Positions 1 to 8,751 of a stretch of DNA of 64,000 nt are shown here, in pieces. The notes under the pieces were generated by a model that was not told the DNA's origin, searched no databases, and saw only the letters and a program-made list of their open reading frames with translations. The stretch comes from an uncultured Oscillospiraceae bacterium (lineage in GTDB: Bacteria; Bacillota; Clostridia; Oscillospirales; Oscillospiraceae): positions 8,864 to 72,863 of the forward strand of contig CALXDM010000007.1 of NCBI GenBank assembly GCA_944387065.1, written 5' to 3'. A program made the translations under genes and the position numbers. How positions within the stretch are numbered: the stretch's first letter is position 1; each line of letters begins with the position of its first letter.

Positions 1-1
1 G

Positions 2-412
2 GAGGCTGAGGACATCCTGGCCCAGTACGAGGCCGGGGAGCTCACTGCCGAGGCCTTCGGCGCGCTGGCCAACGAGTACTCGGACGACACCGGCTCCAAC
101 ACCACCGGCGGCCTGTACGAGGCCGTCGCCCGCACCGACAGCTATGTACCGGAGTTCCTGGACTGGATCTTTGCGGATGGCCGCCAGGTCGGGAACACCG
201 GCATCGTGCGGCATGAAGGCGATGTGGAGTCCTCCGGCTCCTACTGGGGCTACCACATCATGTACTTCCAGGACTGGAACGAGGCCGAGTGGATCCTGGA
301 CGTGCGCAACGCCATGAGCCAGGAGGAGATCACCGCGCTGCAGGACGGCCTGTTGGAAAACGACGCCTACGCCACCTCGGTGGCCGACGGCGCCAAGTAC
401 CTGGGCGCTTAA
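2..412 (+). CDS. Parvulin-type peptidyl-prolyl isomerase (PrsA-like), 3' part only
   Basis: Frame from nt 2 reads ...AFGALANEYSDDTGSNTTGGLY...VPEFLDWIF...GYHIMYF, matching rotamase motifs; stop TAA at 410-412; truncated by window edge. Confidence 0.75.
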   Translation, partial: EAEDILAQYEAGELTAEAFGALANEYSDDTGSNTTGGLYEAVARTDSYVPEFLDWIFADGRQVGNTGIVRHEGDVESSGSYWGYHIMYFQDWNEAEWILDVRNAMSQEEITALQDGLLENDAYATSVADGAKYLGA

Positions 413-427
413 GCAATCCCCATACAC

Positions 428-458
428 CAAAGGGCCGGACGGTTTGTCCGGCCCTTTG
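428..458. terminator. GC-rich hairpin after PPIase gene
   Basis: Perfect 13-bp inverted repeat caaagggccggac / gtccggccctttg with 5-nt loop. Confidence 0.55.
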
Positions 459-480
459 CGCTTCAATAGGAGGAATCGCC

Positions 481-1233
481 ATGCAAGAGCAGTTTTCCCG
501 CACCGAGATGCTGCTGGGCACCCAGGCCATGGAGCGGCTGGCCGGCAGCCATGTGGCGGTATTCGGCCTGGGCGGGGTGGGCAGCTGGTGCGCCGAGGCG
601 CTGTGCCGCTCGGGCGTTGGCCAGCTCACCCTGGTGGATCAGGATCGGGTGTCGCTGAGCAATCTCAACCGCCAGGCCGCCGCCCTGCATGACACGGTGG
701 GCATGGAAAAGGCGCTGGCCACCGCCCAGCGCCTGCGCCAGATCAATCCCGACTGCCTGCTCCACCCCCTGGCCGCCCGGTACGAGTCCCAGGCGCGGGA
801 GCGCTTTTTCCAACAGCGCTACGACTACATCGTGGATGCCATCGACCTGGTCAGCTGCAAGCTGGACCTGATCGAAACGGCCCACCGCCGGGGGATCCCC
901 ATCCTCTCCGCCCTGGGCACGGGCAACAAGCGAGACGCCCAGCAGCTGCGCATCACCGACCTGTCCAGGACCCAGGGCTGCCCCCTGGCCCGGGTGGTGC
1001 GCCGGGAGCTGCGCGCCCGGGGCATCGTCCACCACCAAGTGGTCTATTCCCCCGAGCTGCCCTGCCGTGCCCAGCAGGGGGACGAGGCCCCGCCGCCCGG
1101 CCGGCGCTCGGTCCCCGCCAGCGCCATGTGGGTGCCCGCCGCCGCCGGCCTGCTGCTGGCCCAGGCGGTCATCCTGGACCTGGCCCAAGGCGCCCCCCCC
1201 GTCGGCTCGCCGCACGCCACGCCCGGCCCATGA
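481..1233 (+). CDS. tcdA: ThiF/E1-like tRNA threonylcarbamoyladenosine dehydratase (TcdA/CsdL-like)
   Basis: SD aggagg before ATG 481; VAVFGLGGVG, D..SNLNRQ, DAID, QGCPLARVVRRELR motifs. Confidence 0.8.
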   Translation: MQEQFSRTEMLLGTQAMERLAGSHVAVFGLGGVGSWCAEALCRSGVGQLTLVDQDRVSLSNLNRQAAALHDTVGMEKALATAQRLRQINPDCLLHPLAARYESQARERFFQQRYDYIVDAIDLVSCKLDLIETAHRRGIPILSALGTGNKRDAQQLRITDLSRTQGCPLARVVRRELRARGIVHHQVVYSPELPCRAQQGDEAPPPGRRSVPASAMWVPAAAGLLLAQAVILDLAQGAPPVGSPHATPGP

Positions 1234-1747
1234 GCCAGGCCCCCAGCAGGCCGCACACCGCTCCGATCACCGCCCCGGCCAGCACGTCGCTGGGGAAGTG
1301 AACCCCCACATACAATCGGGAGAAGCCCATCAGCACCGCGGCCGCCAGGGCCACGGCTTTGAGCCAGCGCCAGGGGGCTGCCACCGCCACCGCCACGCCA
1401 AAGGCAAAGGCCGCGCAGGTGTGCCCCGAGGGGAAGGAGTTGGGGTCTCCGCTGGTGACCAATGTCTCCAGCCCCTCCAGCACCACCCAGGGCCGGGGCC
1501 GGCTGAGCAGCGGCTTGATGGTCAGGTTGGTCAGGGCAAAGCCCAGCAGCATCCCAACTCCCGCCCCAGCCCCAGCCCGCCGGGTGGCCCGGAAGCACAG
1601 CAGGACGACCGCCCCCAGGATGAACACCAGCCCGGCGTTGCCCAGGCTGGTGTAGAAGCTTATCAGCTCATTGAGCACGGGCAGGCGCAAGTGCTGGGTG
1701 ATCCACAGCAGCACCTGCTCGTCCACCCGCTGGACCAGCTCAGCCAT
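1169..1747 (-). CDS. PAP2-family phosphatase (BcrC-like undecaprenyl-PP phosphatase)
   Basis: K....RPRP, SFPSGH, SRLYVGVHFPSDV PAP2 motifs; several TM helices; SD gaggagg. Confidence 0.9.
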   Translation of the reverse strand: MAELVQRVDEQVLLWITQHLRLPVLNELISFYTSLGNAGLVFILGAVVLLCFRATRRAGAGAGVGMLLGFALTNLTIKPLLSRPRPWVVLEGLETLVTSGDPNSFPSGHTCAAFAFGVAVAVAAPWRWLKAVALAAAVLMGFSRLYVGVHFPSDVLAGAVIGAVCGLLGAWLMGRAWRAASRRGGRLGPGPG

Positions 1748-1762
1748 GGCCGCCTCCTCTCC

Positions 1763-1791
1763 TTGACCGTCAGGCCAAAGCTATGTATAAT
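1763..1791 (+). promoter_or_regulatory. sigmaA promoter for glycosyltransferase gene
   Basis: TTGACC-N17-TATAAT. Confidence 0.65.
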
Positions 1792-1880
1792 CAAAGCAAA
1801 GTCGGAAAACCCTGTGTTCATCCGACCACCTGCCCTGCCCAGGCTGCACGCCCTGGGAGAAGGGCCGGGTTTCGATTGCC

Positions 1881-1909
1881 ATTGTATCGGATTTCTCCCA
1901 CGCTGGCAA
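1881..1909 (-). promoter_or_regulatory. sigmaA promoter for PAP2 gene
   Basis: TTGCCA-N17-TACAAT on minus strand. Confidence 0.6.
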
Positions 1910-1955
1910 GCCCCTTTCCGCCGCCCCCATTCCCCGGTTTTTGGAGGTGATCCCC

Positions 1956-3038
1956 TTGAAGCAGATCCTCTGCCTCTCCCACAGCCCTTGGCAGGCCCGC
2001 CCCAACCGCACCCAGCAGCTGCTAGCCCGGTTGAACCAGGCCAGGATCCTTTTCTTTGAGCCGCCCCTCCCCAAGGGGGCGCCCCACCCCGATCAAGGCC
2101 GCCGGGTGCGCGCCCACATCACGGTGTACACCCTGCCCACCCCCCTGCTGCCCGGACTGGACCGGGAGGCACTGCAGCGCCGCAGCCAGCTCAAGGCCGC
2201 CGATTTCATCCAGAAGGTCATGGCGCGTCATCACTTCCGAGAGCCCGTGCTGTGGTGCACCGCCCCCGACCAGGCCGCCTATCTGGACCGGCTGGCCTAC
2301 CGGGGCCTGGTCTATGACTGCGACCGGGAGTGGGGGGAGCAGCACCTGGACGCGGAGAGCGACCTGGCCCTGCACGCCGAGGTGATCTTTGCCGCTTCCC
2401 CCGGCCTGGTCCAGCGCCTGTCCCCCTGCAACGACAACATCGCCCTGCTGCCCAACGGCGTCAACTACCGGATGTTCCAGCGGGGTGAGCTGGCTCCGCC
2501 GCCCCATCTGGCCCACCTGGCCGGCCGGCCGGTGCTGGGCCGGGTGGGGGATCTGACCGACCAGGTGGAGCTGGAGCCCCTGCTCCACGCCGCCCAGGCC
2601 CAGCCCGACTGGACCTTCCTGATGCTGGGCCGGGTCACCAAGCCGGCGGCCGCCCGGCTGCGCCCCTTCCCCAATATCCTGCTCCACGGGCCCTTTCCGT
2701 CTGTGGAGCTGCCCGATTACCTGTGCGCGTGCACGGTGCTCTTCGATCTGATCCGCGCCGACCGGCGGGGCAGCGACATCATCCCCTCCCACCTCTACGA
2801 GTACCTGGCCACCGGCAAGCCCATCGTGATGATGCAGGAACCTGAGCAGGTGGAGTCCTTCCCCGATGTGGTCTACACCGCCTATGACAGCGCGGGCTTC
2901 CTTCGCCGCTGCCGCAAGGCCCTGGATGAGGACCCCCGCTTAGCCGGCCCCCGTCGACAGGCCTACGCCAGCCAGGCCGCCTGGGCCAACCGCGCCGAGG
3001 AGGTCAGCCGCATCCTGGACAGCACAGGGCTATTTTGA
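1956..3038 (+). CDS. GT4-family glycosyltransferase (TuaH-like)
   Basis: SD ggaggtg then in-frame TTG 1956; YDCD, IFAAS, LPNGV, GT-B tail LYEYLATGKPIV. Confidence 0.8.
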   Translation: MKQILCLSHSPWQARPNRTQQLLARLNQARILFFEPPLPKGAPHPDQGRRVRAHITVYTLPTPLLPGLDREALQRRSQLKAADFIQKVMARHHFREPVLWCTAPDQAAYLDRLAYRGLVYDCDREWGEQHLDAESDLALHAEVIFAASPGLVQRLSPCNDNIALLPNGVNYRMFQRGELAPPPHLAHLAGRPVLGRVGDLTDQVELEPLLHAAQAQPDWTFLMLGRVTKPAAARLRPFPNILLHGPFPSVELPDYLCACTVLFDLIRADRRGSDIIPSHLYEYLATGKPIVMMQEPEQVESFPDVVYTAYDSAGFLRRCRKALDEDPRLAGPRRQAYASQAAWANRAEEVSRILDSTGLF

Positions 3039-3100
3039 ACACCCCCCCGGGCCGGAGCCCGGATTGCATTGTATAAGCATACGAAATTCTGACTTCCGTC

Positions 3101-3129
3101 TTGATTTGATCGGGATTTTTCGATATGAT
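3101..3129 (+). promoter_or_regulatory. sigmaA promoter of pur operon
   Basis: TTGATT(3101-3106)-N17-TATGAT(3124-3129). Confidence 0.7.
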
Positions 3130-3242
3130 AGAACTAGTTTTGAGTGGAGGGGTGCTACCATGGAGTTCCACCGGTGTCCTGCCCTTGCCTGCGGGGCCTC
3201 ACGGGGGATTCTTGCGCCCAATTTCACGCCCAGATCAACGAC

Positions 3243-3280
3243 AACAGGCTGACGTCCCCCGTTGGCCTGTTTTTTTCTTT
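3243..3280 (+). terminator. Intrinsic terminator (attenuator) in purE leader
   Basis: 12-bp stem aacaggctgacg / cgttggcctgtt (2 G-U pairs) followed by a U tract, between promoter and purE. Confidence 0.8.
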
Positions 3281-3328
3281 GTCCGGGCCGGCCCCCCTCC
3301 ACCGGGAACAGGAAAGGGAGATCCGCAT

Positions 3329-3820
3329 ATGAAAAAAGTCGCCGTCATCATGGGCTCCGACTCCGATTGGCCGGTGGTCCAGGCCGCCTGCGCCCAGTTG
3401 GACGAGTTTGGCGTGCCCTATGAAACCCATATCCTCAGCGCCCACCGCACCCCTGCCGCCGCGGCCGAGTTTGCCCGGAACGCCCGGGCCAACGGCTTTG
3501 GGGTGCTCATCTGCGCGGCCGGCATGGCCGCCCACCTGGCCGGCGCCTTCGCGGGCAACTCCACCCTGCCCGTCATCGGCGTCCCTCTGAAGGGCGGGGC
3601 CATGGACGGGCTGGACGCGCTGCTGGCCACCGTCCAGATGCCCAGCGGCATCCCCGTGGCCACCGTGGCTATCAACGGGGCCAAGAACGCCGCCGTGCTG
3701 GCCGCCCAGATCCTGGCCGTGGCCGATGAGGGCCTGGCCGCCAAGCTGGACCAGGCCCGGGCCCAGATGGCCAGGCAGATCGCCCAAAAGGAGGCCAAGC
3801 TCCAGCAGGAGCTGGGCTGA
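3329..3820 (+). CDS. purE: N5-CAIR mutase PurE (class I)
   Basis: [39 protein letters not shown]. Confidence 0.97.
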   Translation: MKKVAVIMGSDSDWPVVQAACAQLDEFGVPYETHILSAHRTPAAAAEFARNARANGFGVLICAAGMAAHLAGAFAGNSTLPVIGVPLKGGAMDGLDALLATVQMPSGIPVATVAINGAKNAAVLAAQILAVADEGLAAKLDQARAQMARQIAQKEAKLQQELG

Positions 3821-3892
3821 GGCCCGCTCTGCAAGGCGCTCTGAACCCCATCCCATTTGTAAGTATGAGAGAAACAGAAAGGAAAGGCTACT

Positions 3893-4603
3893 ATGGACAA
3901 GCGTGAGCAGCTCTACGAGGGCAAGGCCAAGAAGGTCTATGCCACCGACGACCCCAACGTGGTCATCGTCTCCTACAAGGACGACGCCACCGCCTTTGAC
4001 GGTGCCAAGAAGGGCACCATCGACGGCAAGGGGGCCATCAACAACCAGATGACCAATTTCCTGATGGCCCAGCTGGAGCAGGCGGGGATTCCCACCCACC
4101 TTGTCCAGGAGCTCAGCCCCCGGGAGACGGCGGTGAAAAAGGTGTCCATCATCCCCCTAGAGGTCATTGTCCGCAACCGCTCCGCCGGCTCCTTCGCCAA
4201 GCGGTACGGCGTGGAGGAGGGCATCATCTTCGACGCGCCCACCGTGGAGTTCTCCTACAAGAACGACGATCTCCACGATCCGCTCATCAACGACTACCAC
4301 GCCGTGGCCCTGAAGCTGGCCAGCTGGGAGGAGATTGAGCTCATCCAGCGCTACGCCTTCCAGGTCAACGACTTCCTCAAGCAGACCCTGGCCGAGTGCG
4401 GCGTCACCCTGGTGGACTTCAAGCTGGAGTTTGGCAAGACCGCTGACGGGACCATTGTGCTGGCCGACGAGATCTCCCCGGACACCTGCCGGTTCTGGGA
4501 CGCCAAGACGGGCGAGAAGCTGGACAAGGACCGCTTCCGCCGGGACCTGGGCAACGTGGAGGGCGCCTACCGGGAGATGAGCCGGCGCCTGCTGGGAAAG
4601 TGA
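3893..4603 (+). CDS. purC: SAICAR synthetase
   Basis: [44 protein letters not shown]. Confidence 0.97.
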   Translation: MDKREQLYEGKAKKVYATDDPNVVIVSYKDDATAFDGAKKGTIDGKGAINNQMTNFLMAQLEQAGIPTHLVQELSPRETAVKKVSIIPLEVIVRNRSAGSFAKRYGVEEGIIFDAPTVEFSYKNDDLHDPLINDYHAVALKLASWEEIELIQRYAFQVNDFLKQTLAECGVTLVDFKLEFGKTADGTIVLADEISPDTCRFWDAKTGEKLDKDRFRRDLGNVEGAYREMSRRLLGK

Positions 4604-4699
4604 CGGGCAGCGCGGCGTGATCCCCACTCGGAATCTATTCACGCGGGCCCCATCCCCACACACCCACACAGCTTTGACAGATCAGAATTGGGAGGAACT

Positions 4700-6124
4700 A
4701 TGGGCGGTTTTTTTGGCGCGGTTTCCCAGCAGGATGTAACCTTAGACCTCTTTTTCGGAGTGGACTACCACTCCCACCTGGGCACCCGCCGGGGCGGCAT
4801 GGTCCTCCATGACGCTCAGGACGGGTTCCAGCGACAGATCCACAACATTGAAAACACCCCCTTCCGCACCAAGTTCGAAGGGGATCTGCCCTCCTTTCAC
4901 GGCACCAGCGGCATCGGCTGCATCAGCGACACCGACCCCCAGCCCCTGCTGGTGCGCTCCCACCTGGGGCTGTACGCCATCACCACGGTGGGTATCATCA
5001 ACAATGCTGAGGCGCTCATCGCCCAGTACTTCTCCCAGCAGGGCCATCAGTTCATGGCCATGAGCTCGGGCAAGGTCAACTCCACCGAGCTGGCCGCCGC
5101 CCTCATCAACCGGGAGGGTGACCTGGTCTCAGGCATCCTCCGGGCCCAGGAGCTGATTGACGGCTCGCTCACCCTGCTCATCCTCACCCAGCAGGGCGAG
5201 ATCATTGCCGCCCGGGACAAGCTGGGCCGCCTGCCTGTGCTGGTGGGAAAGAAGGCGGAGGGATGCTGCGTGTCCTTTGAGTCCTTCGCCTACCACAAGC
5301 TGGGCTACCAGGACAGCTACGAGCTGGGCCCCCGGGAGATCGTCCGCCTCACCCCTGACGGGGTGGAGACCCTCTCTCCCCCTGGCCGTCAGATGCGCAT
5401 CTGCGCCTTCCTGTGGACCTACTACGGCTACCCCAACTCCAACTATGAGGGGGTGAATGTGGAGGTCATGCGCTACCGCAACGGCGCCATCATGGCCCGT
5501 CAGGAGGCCGCCCGGGGCGCGCTGCCCCAGGTGGACTTTGTGGCCGGCGTCCCCGACTCGGGGGTGCCCCACGCCATCGGCTATGCCAACCAGAGCGGCC
5601 TCCCCTTCGCCCGCCCCTTCGTCAAGTACACCCCCACCTGGCCCCGCTCCTTCATGCCCGCCAACCAGGAGGTGCGCAACCAGGTGGCCAAGATGAAGCA
5701 GATCCCGGTGCCCGAGCTCATCGAGGGCAAACGGCTTTTGTTCGTGGATGACTCCATCGTGCGGGGCACTCAGCTGCGGGAAACGGTGGACTTCCTCTAC
5801 GAGCGGGGCGCGAAAGAGGTGCACATCCGCTCGGCCTGCCCGCCCATCATGTACGGCTGCAAGTACCTCAACTTCTCCCGGAGCAACTCCGACCTGGAGC
5901 TACTGGCCCGGCGCACCGTGCAGGAGCTGGAGGGGGACGAGGGCCAAAGCCACCTGGAGGAGTACGCCGACGCCTCCACCCAACGGGGCCAGTGCCTGCT
6001 CCACTCCATCTGCGACGGCCTGCGCTTCAGCTCCCTGGGCTACCAGTCCCTGGAGGGGCTGCTGGAGTCCATCGGCATCGACCCCGACCAGGTGTGCACC
6101 TACTGCTGGAACGGCCGGGAGTAG
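4700..6124 (+). CDS. purF: Amidophosphoribosyltransferase, atypical N-terminus (MGGFFG)
   Basis: SD ggagga before ATG 4700; GVPDSG, VDDSIVRGT (PRPP loop), SACPP, CTYC; operon context. Confidence 0.92.
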   Translation: MGGFFGAVSQQDVTLDLFFGVDYHSHLGTRRGGMVLHDAQDGFQRQIHNIENTPFRTKFEGDLPSFHGTSGIGCISDTDPQPLLVRSHLGLYAITTVGIINNAEALIAQYFSQQGHQFMAMSSGKVNSTELAAALINREGDLVSGILRAQELIDGSLTLLILTQQGEIIAARDKLGRLPVLVGKKAEGCCVSFESFAYHKLGYQDSYELGPREIVRLTPDGVETLSPPGRQMRICAFLWTYYGYPNSNYEGVNVEVMRYRNGAIMARQEAARGALPQVDFVAGVPDSGVPHAIGYANQSGLPFARPFVKYTPTWPRSFMPANQEVRNQVAKMKQIPVPELIEGKRLLFVDDSIVRGTQLRETVDFLYERGAKEVHIRSACPPIMYGCKYLNFSRSNSDLELLARRTVQELEGDEGQSHLEEYADASTQRGQCLLHSICDGLRFSSLGYQSLEGLLESIGIDPDQVCTYCWNGRE

Positions 6125-6163
6125 GCCCCGCATCCCCCATCTCACGCTGGAGGTTTTGAACCC

Positions 6164-7207
6164 ATGAAGAACTCCCACTCGGAATCCTACGCCGCCGCCG
6201 GGGTGGACGTCACCGCCGGGTACGAGGCGGTGGAGCGCATCAAGCCCATGGTGGCCTCCACCTATATCCCAGGCGTGCTGGGATCGCTGGGCGGCTTTGG
6301 CGGTCTGTTCGCCCCCCACCTGGCCGGGATGAAGCGGCCGGTGCTGGTCAGCGGCACCGACGGGGTGGGCACCAAGCTGAAGCTGGCCATGCTGCTGGGC
6401 CGGCACGACACCATCGGCATCGACTGTGTGGCCATGTGCGTCAACGACATCATCTGTGGCGGGGCCACCCCCCTGTTTTTCCTGGACTACATCGCCTGCG
6501 GCAAAAACGTCCCGGAGCGGATCGCCAGCATCGTGTCTGGGGTGGCTGAGGGCTGCCGCCAGGCCGGCTGCGCCCTGGTGGGTGGGGAAACCGCCGAGCA
6601 CCCGGGCATGATGGCCGACGACGACTATGACCTGGCCGGCTTTGCCGTGGGCATCGTGGACGAGGAAAAGATCCTTGACGGCAGCCGCCTGGCCCAGGGG
6701 GACGCGCTCATCGGCCTGGCCTCCACCGGCGTGCATTCCAACGGCTTCTCCCTGGTGCGCAAGGTGCTGGATGTGGAGCACGCCGACCTGGACGCCCCCC
6801 GGGCAGAGCTGGATGGGGCCAGCCTGGGCCAGGCCCTGCTCACCCCCACCCGCATCTATGTCCCGGCGGTACGGGCCCTGCTGGAAGGGGGGGTGGACGT
6901 CCACGCCATCAGCCACATCACCGGAGGCGGCTTCTATGAGAACGTGCCCCGGATGATGCGCGACGGACTCACCGCCCGCATCCGGCTGAATACCTTCCCC
7001 CGCCCGGCCATCTTCGACCTGATCCAGAAGGCGGGCGGCATCCCCCAGCGGGATATGTACAATACCTTCAACATGGGCCTGGGCATGGTGCTGGCCCTCC
7101 CCTCCGACCAGGCAGGCAAGGCCCTGGAGCTGCTGTCCGCCGCCGGCCAGCCCGCCTGGCAGGTGGGCGAGGTGACCGCCGGGGACGGCGGCGTGGATCT
7201 GGTATGA
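6164..7207 (+). CDS. purM: AIR synthetase
   Basis: YAAAGVD, TDGVGTKL, DCVAMCVND, GGETAEHPG, HITGGG, TFNMGLG. Confidence 0.97.
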   Translation: MKNSHSESYAAAGVDVTAGYEAVERIKPMVASTYIPGVLGSLGGFGGLFAPHLAGMKRPVLVSGTDGVGTKLKLAMLLGRHDTIGIDCVAMCVNDIICGGATPLFFLDYIACGKNVPERIASIVSGVAEGCRQAGCALVGGETAEHPGMMADDDYDLAGFAVGIVDEEKILDGSRLAQGDALIGLASTGVHSNGFSLVRKVLDVEHADLDAPRAELDGASLGQALLTPTRIYVPAVRALLEGGVDVHAISHITGGGFYENVPRMMRDGLTARIRLNTFPRPAIFDLIQKAGGIPQRDMYNTFNMGLGMVLALPSDQAGKALELLSAAGQPAWQVGEVTAGDGGVDLV

Positions 7208-7851
7208 GCAAGCGCATCGCCGTGCTGGTGTCCGGCGGAGGCACCAACCTGCAGGCCCTCATCGACGCCCAGACCCAGGGCGGACTGGGTGGGGGAGCAC
7301 TCTGCGCCGTCATCGCCTCCAAGCCGGGGGTCTTTGCCCTGGAACGGGCCGCCAAGGCCGGGATCCCCGGCTATGTGGTATCCCGGAAGGACTACCCTTC
7401 CAGCCAGGCCATGACCGTCGCCCTGGTGGACAAGCTGCGGGCGCTGCACATCGATCTGGTGGTGCTGGCCGGCTTCATGGTCATCCTCACCGAGGAGATG
7501 GTACAGGCCTTCCCCAACGCCATCCTCAACGTCCATCCCTCCCTCATTCCCGCCTTCTCCGGGCCGGGCTGCTACGGCCTCCACGTTCACGAACAGGCCC
7601 TGGCCTACGGCGTGAAGGTGACGGGCGCCACGGTGCATTTCGTCAGCCCGGAGTGCGATGGCGGCCCCATCGTGCTGCAGCAGGCGGTGGAGGTCCAGGA
7701 GGGCGACACGCCGGAGGCCCTCCAGCGCCGGGTGATGGAGCAGGCCGAATGGGTCATCCTACCCCAGGCCGTGTCCCTGTTCTGCCAGGGTCGGCTGGCG
7801 GTGGAGGGGCGCGCGGTCCGCGTCCTGCCACCGGGCGGAGGGGCCGGTTGA
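7204..7851 (+). CDS. purN: GAR transformylase
   Basis: LVSGGGTNLQ, VLAGFM, NVHPSL, GATVHFV, DGGPI; ATGA overlap with purM. Confidence 0.96.
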   Translation: MSKRIAVLVSGGGTNLQALIDAQTQGGLGGGALCAVIASKPGVFALERAAKAGIPGYVVSRKDYPSSQAMTVALVDKLRALHIDLVVLAGFMVILTEEMVQAFPNAILNVHPSLIPAFSGPGCYGLHVHEQALAYGVKVTGATVHFVSPECDGGPIVLQQAVEVQEGDTPEALQRRVMEQAEWVILPQAVSLFCQGRLAVEGRAVRVLPPGGGAG

Positions 7852-7941
7852 GCGCTCTGCCCCCCATCTGGAACAAGCGGTAGGACAGTCGGTAGGAGAA
7901 GCCCCCCAGGCAATGCCGCCTGCGTCCTTTCCCAGTCAGCT

Positions 7942-7984
7942 GGGCGCGCCATGATTCCGGCCTTGGCGCGCCCTGTTTCATTTT
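7942..7984 (+). terminator. Hairpin with T-rich tail between purN and IMP cyclohydrolase gene
   Basis: Perfect 10-bp stem gggcgcgcca / tggcgcgccc followed by tgtttcatttt. Confidence 0.45.
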
Positions 7985-8005
7985 CAAACTATAGGAGGAA
8001 CCCCC

Positions 8006-8713
8006 ATGAACCCCATCGACCTGCGCGACTACCTCTCCCAGCGACCCTATCCCGGCCGAGGCATCCTGCTGGGGCGCTGCGCCCGCAACACCAGCGCCGT
8101 CATCGCCTACTTCATCATGGGCCGCAGTGAGAACAGCCGCAACCGGATCTTCGAAGCCACCCAGGACGGCATCCGCACCCGGGCCTATGACGAATCGAAA
8201 CTCACTGACCCGTCCCTTATCCTCTATCATCCGGTGCGCATGGCCGGCCGGGGGGTGGTGGTCACCAATGGCGACCAGACCGACACCATCCGGGACTGCC
8301 TGCTGCGGGGTGGCACCTTCCACGAGGCCCTGCGCACCCGCTGCTTCGAGCCCGATCCTCCCAACTATACTCCCCGCATCTCCGGCCTGCTCGCCCCTGA
8401 CGGCAGCTTCAAGCTGTCCATCCTCAAGTCTGCAGACGGCAACCCTGACTGCAACCTGCGCTTCTTCTACGAATACGACGCCCCCCTGGCTGGCGAGGGC
8501 CGGCTCATCCACACCTATCAGGACAACGCCGACCCCCTGCCCTCCTTTGAGGGGGAACCTCGCCGGGTGGCCCTCACCGCCCCTGACGCCCAGGGCCTGG
8601 CCGACCAGATTTGGGACAGCCTGAACCCGGAAAACAAGATCTCCCTGTATGTCTGTTACCGGGACCTGTCCTCCGGGCAGATGGACACGGTCATCCGCAA
8701 CAAACACCAGTGA
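8006..8713 (+). CDS. Stand-alone IMP cyclohydrolase (archaeal PurO-like)
   Basis: YPGRGI, AYFIMGRSENSRNR, VTNGDQTD, FEPDPPNYTPRISG; located in pur operon before AICAR transformylase. Confidence 0.85.
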   Translation: MNPIDLRDYLSQRPYPGRGILLGRCARNTSAVIAYFIMGRSENSRNRIFEATQDGIRTRAYDESKLTDPSLILYHPVRMAGRGVVVTNGDQTDTIRDCLLRGGTFHEALRTRCFEPDPPNYTPRISGLLAPDGSFKLSILKSADGNPDCNLRFFYEYDAPLAGEGRLIHTYQDNADPLPSFEGEPRRVALTAPDAQGLADQIWDSLNPENKISLYVCYRDLSSGQMDTVIRNKHQ

Positions 8714-8751
8714 GGGGCTGCCCGCCCCCTTCCAAAAGGAGTGAAGCTTTC

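Noticed and set aside
289-480. Long N-terminal extensions in the ORF track (tcdA, purE, purH, dnaE, ctpA, rsuA, mcrC and others)
   Set aside because: Downstream starts have clear SD sequences and family-typical N-termini.
3136-3242. Guanine/adenine or PRPP (ykkC) riboswitch before purE
   Set aside because: Core motifs (UAUAAU...GAUAUGG...GUUUCUACC; UAGGGUUCC...AAAAG) are absent by eye; kept only as an unclassified attenuator.
7852-7945. ZTP (pfl) riboswitch before the PurO/PurH genes
   Set aside because: No GACUGGC, GUGG..CCAC..GGGAGC or GCCG..CGCCUGGGC; only a short ctgggc match.
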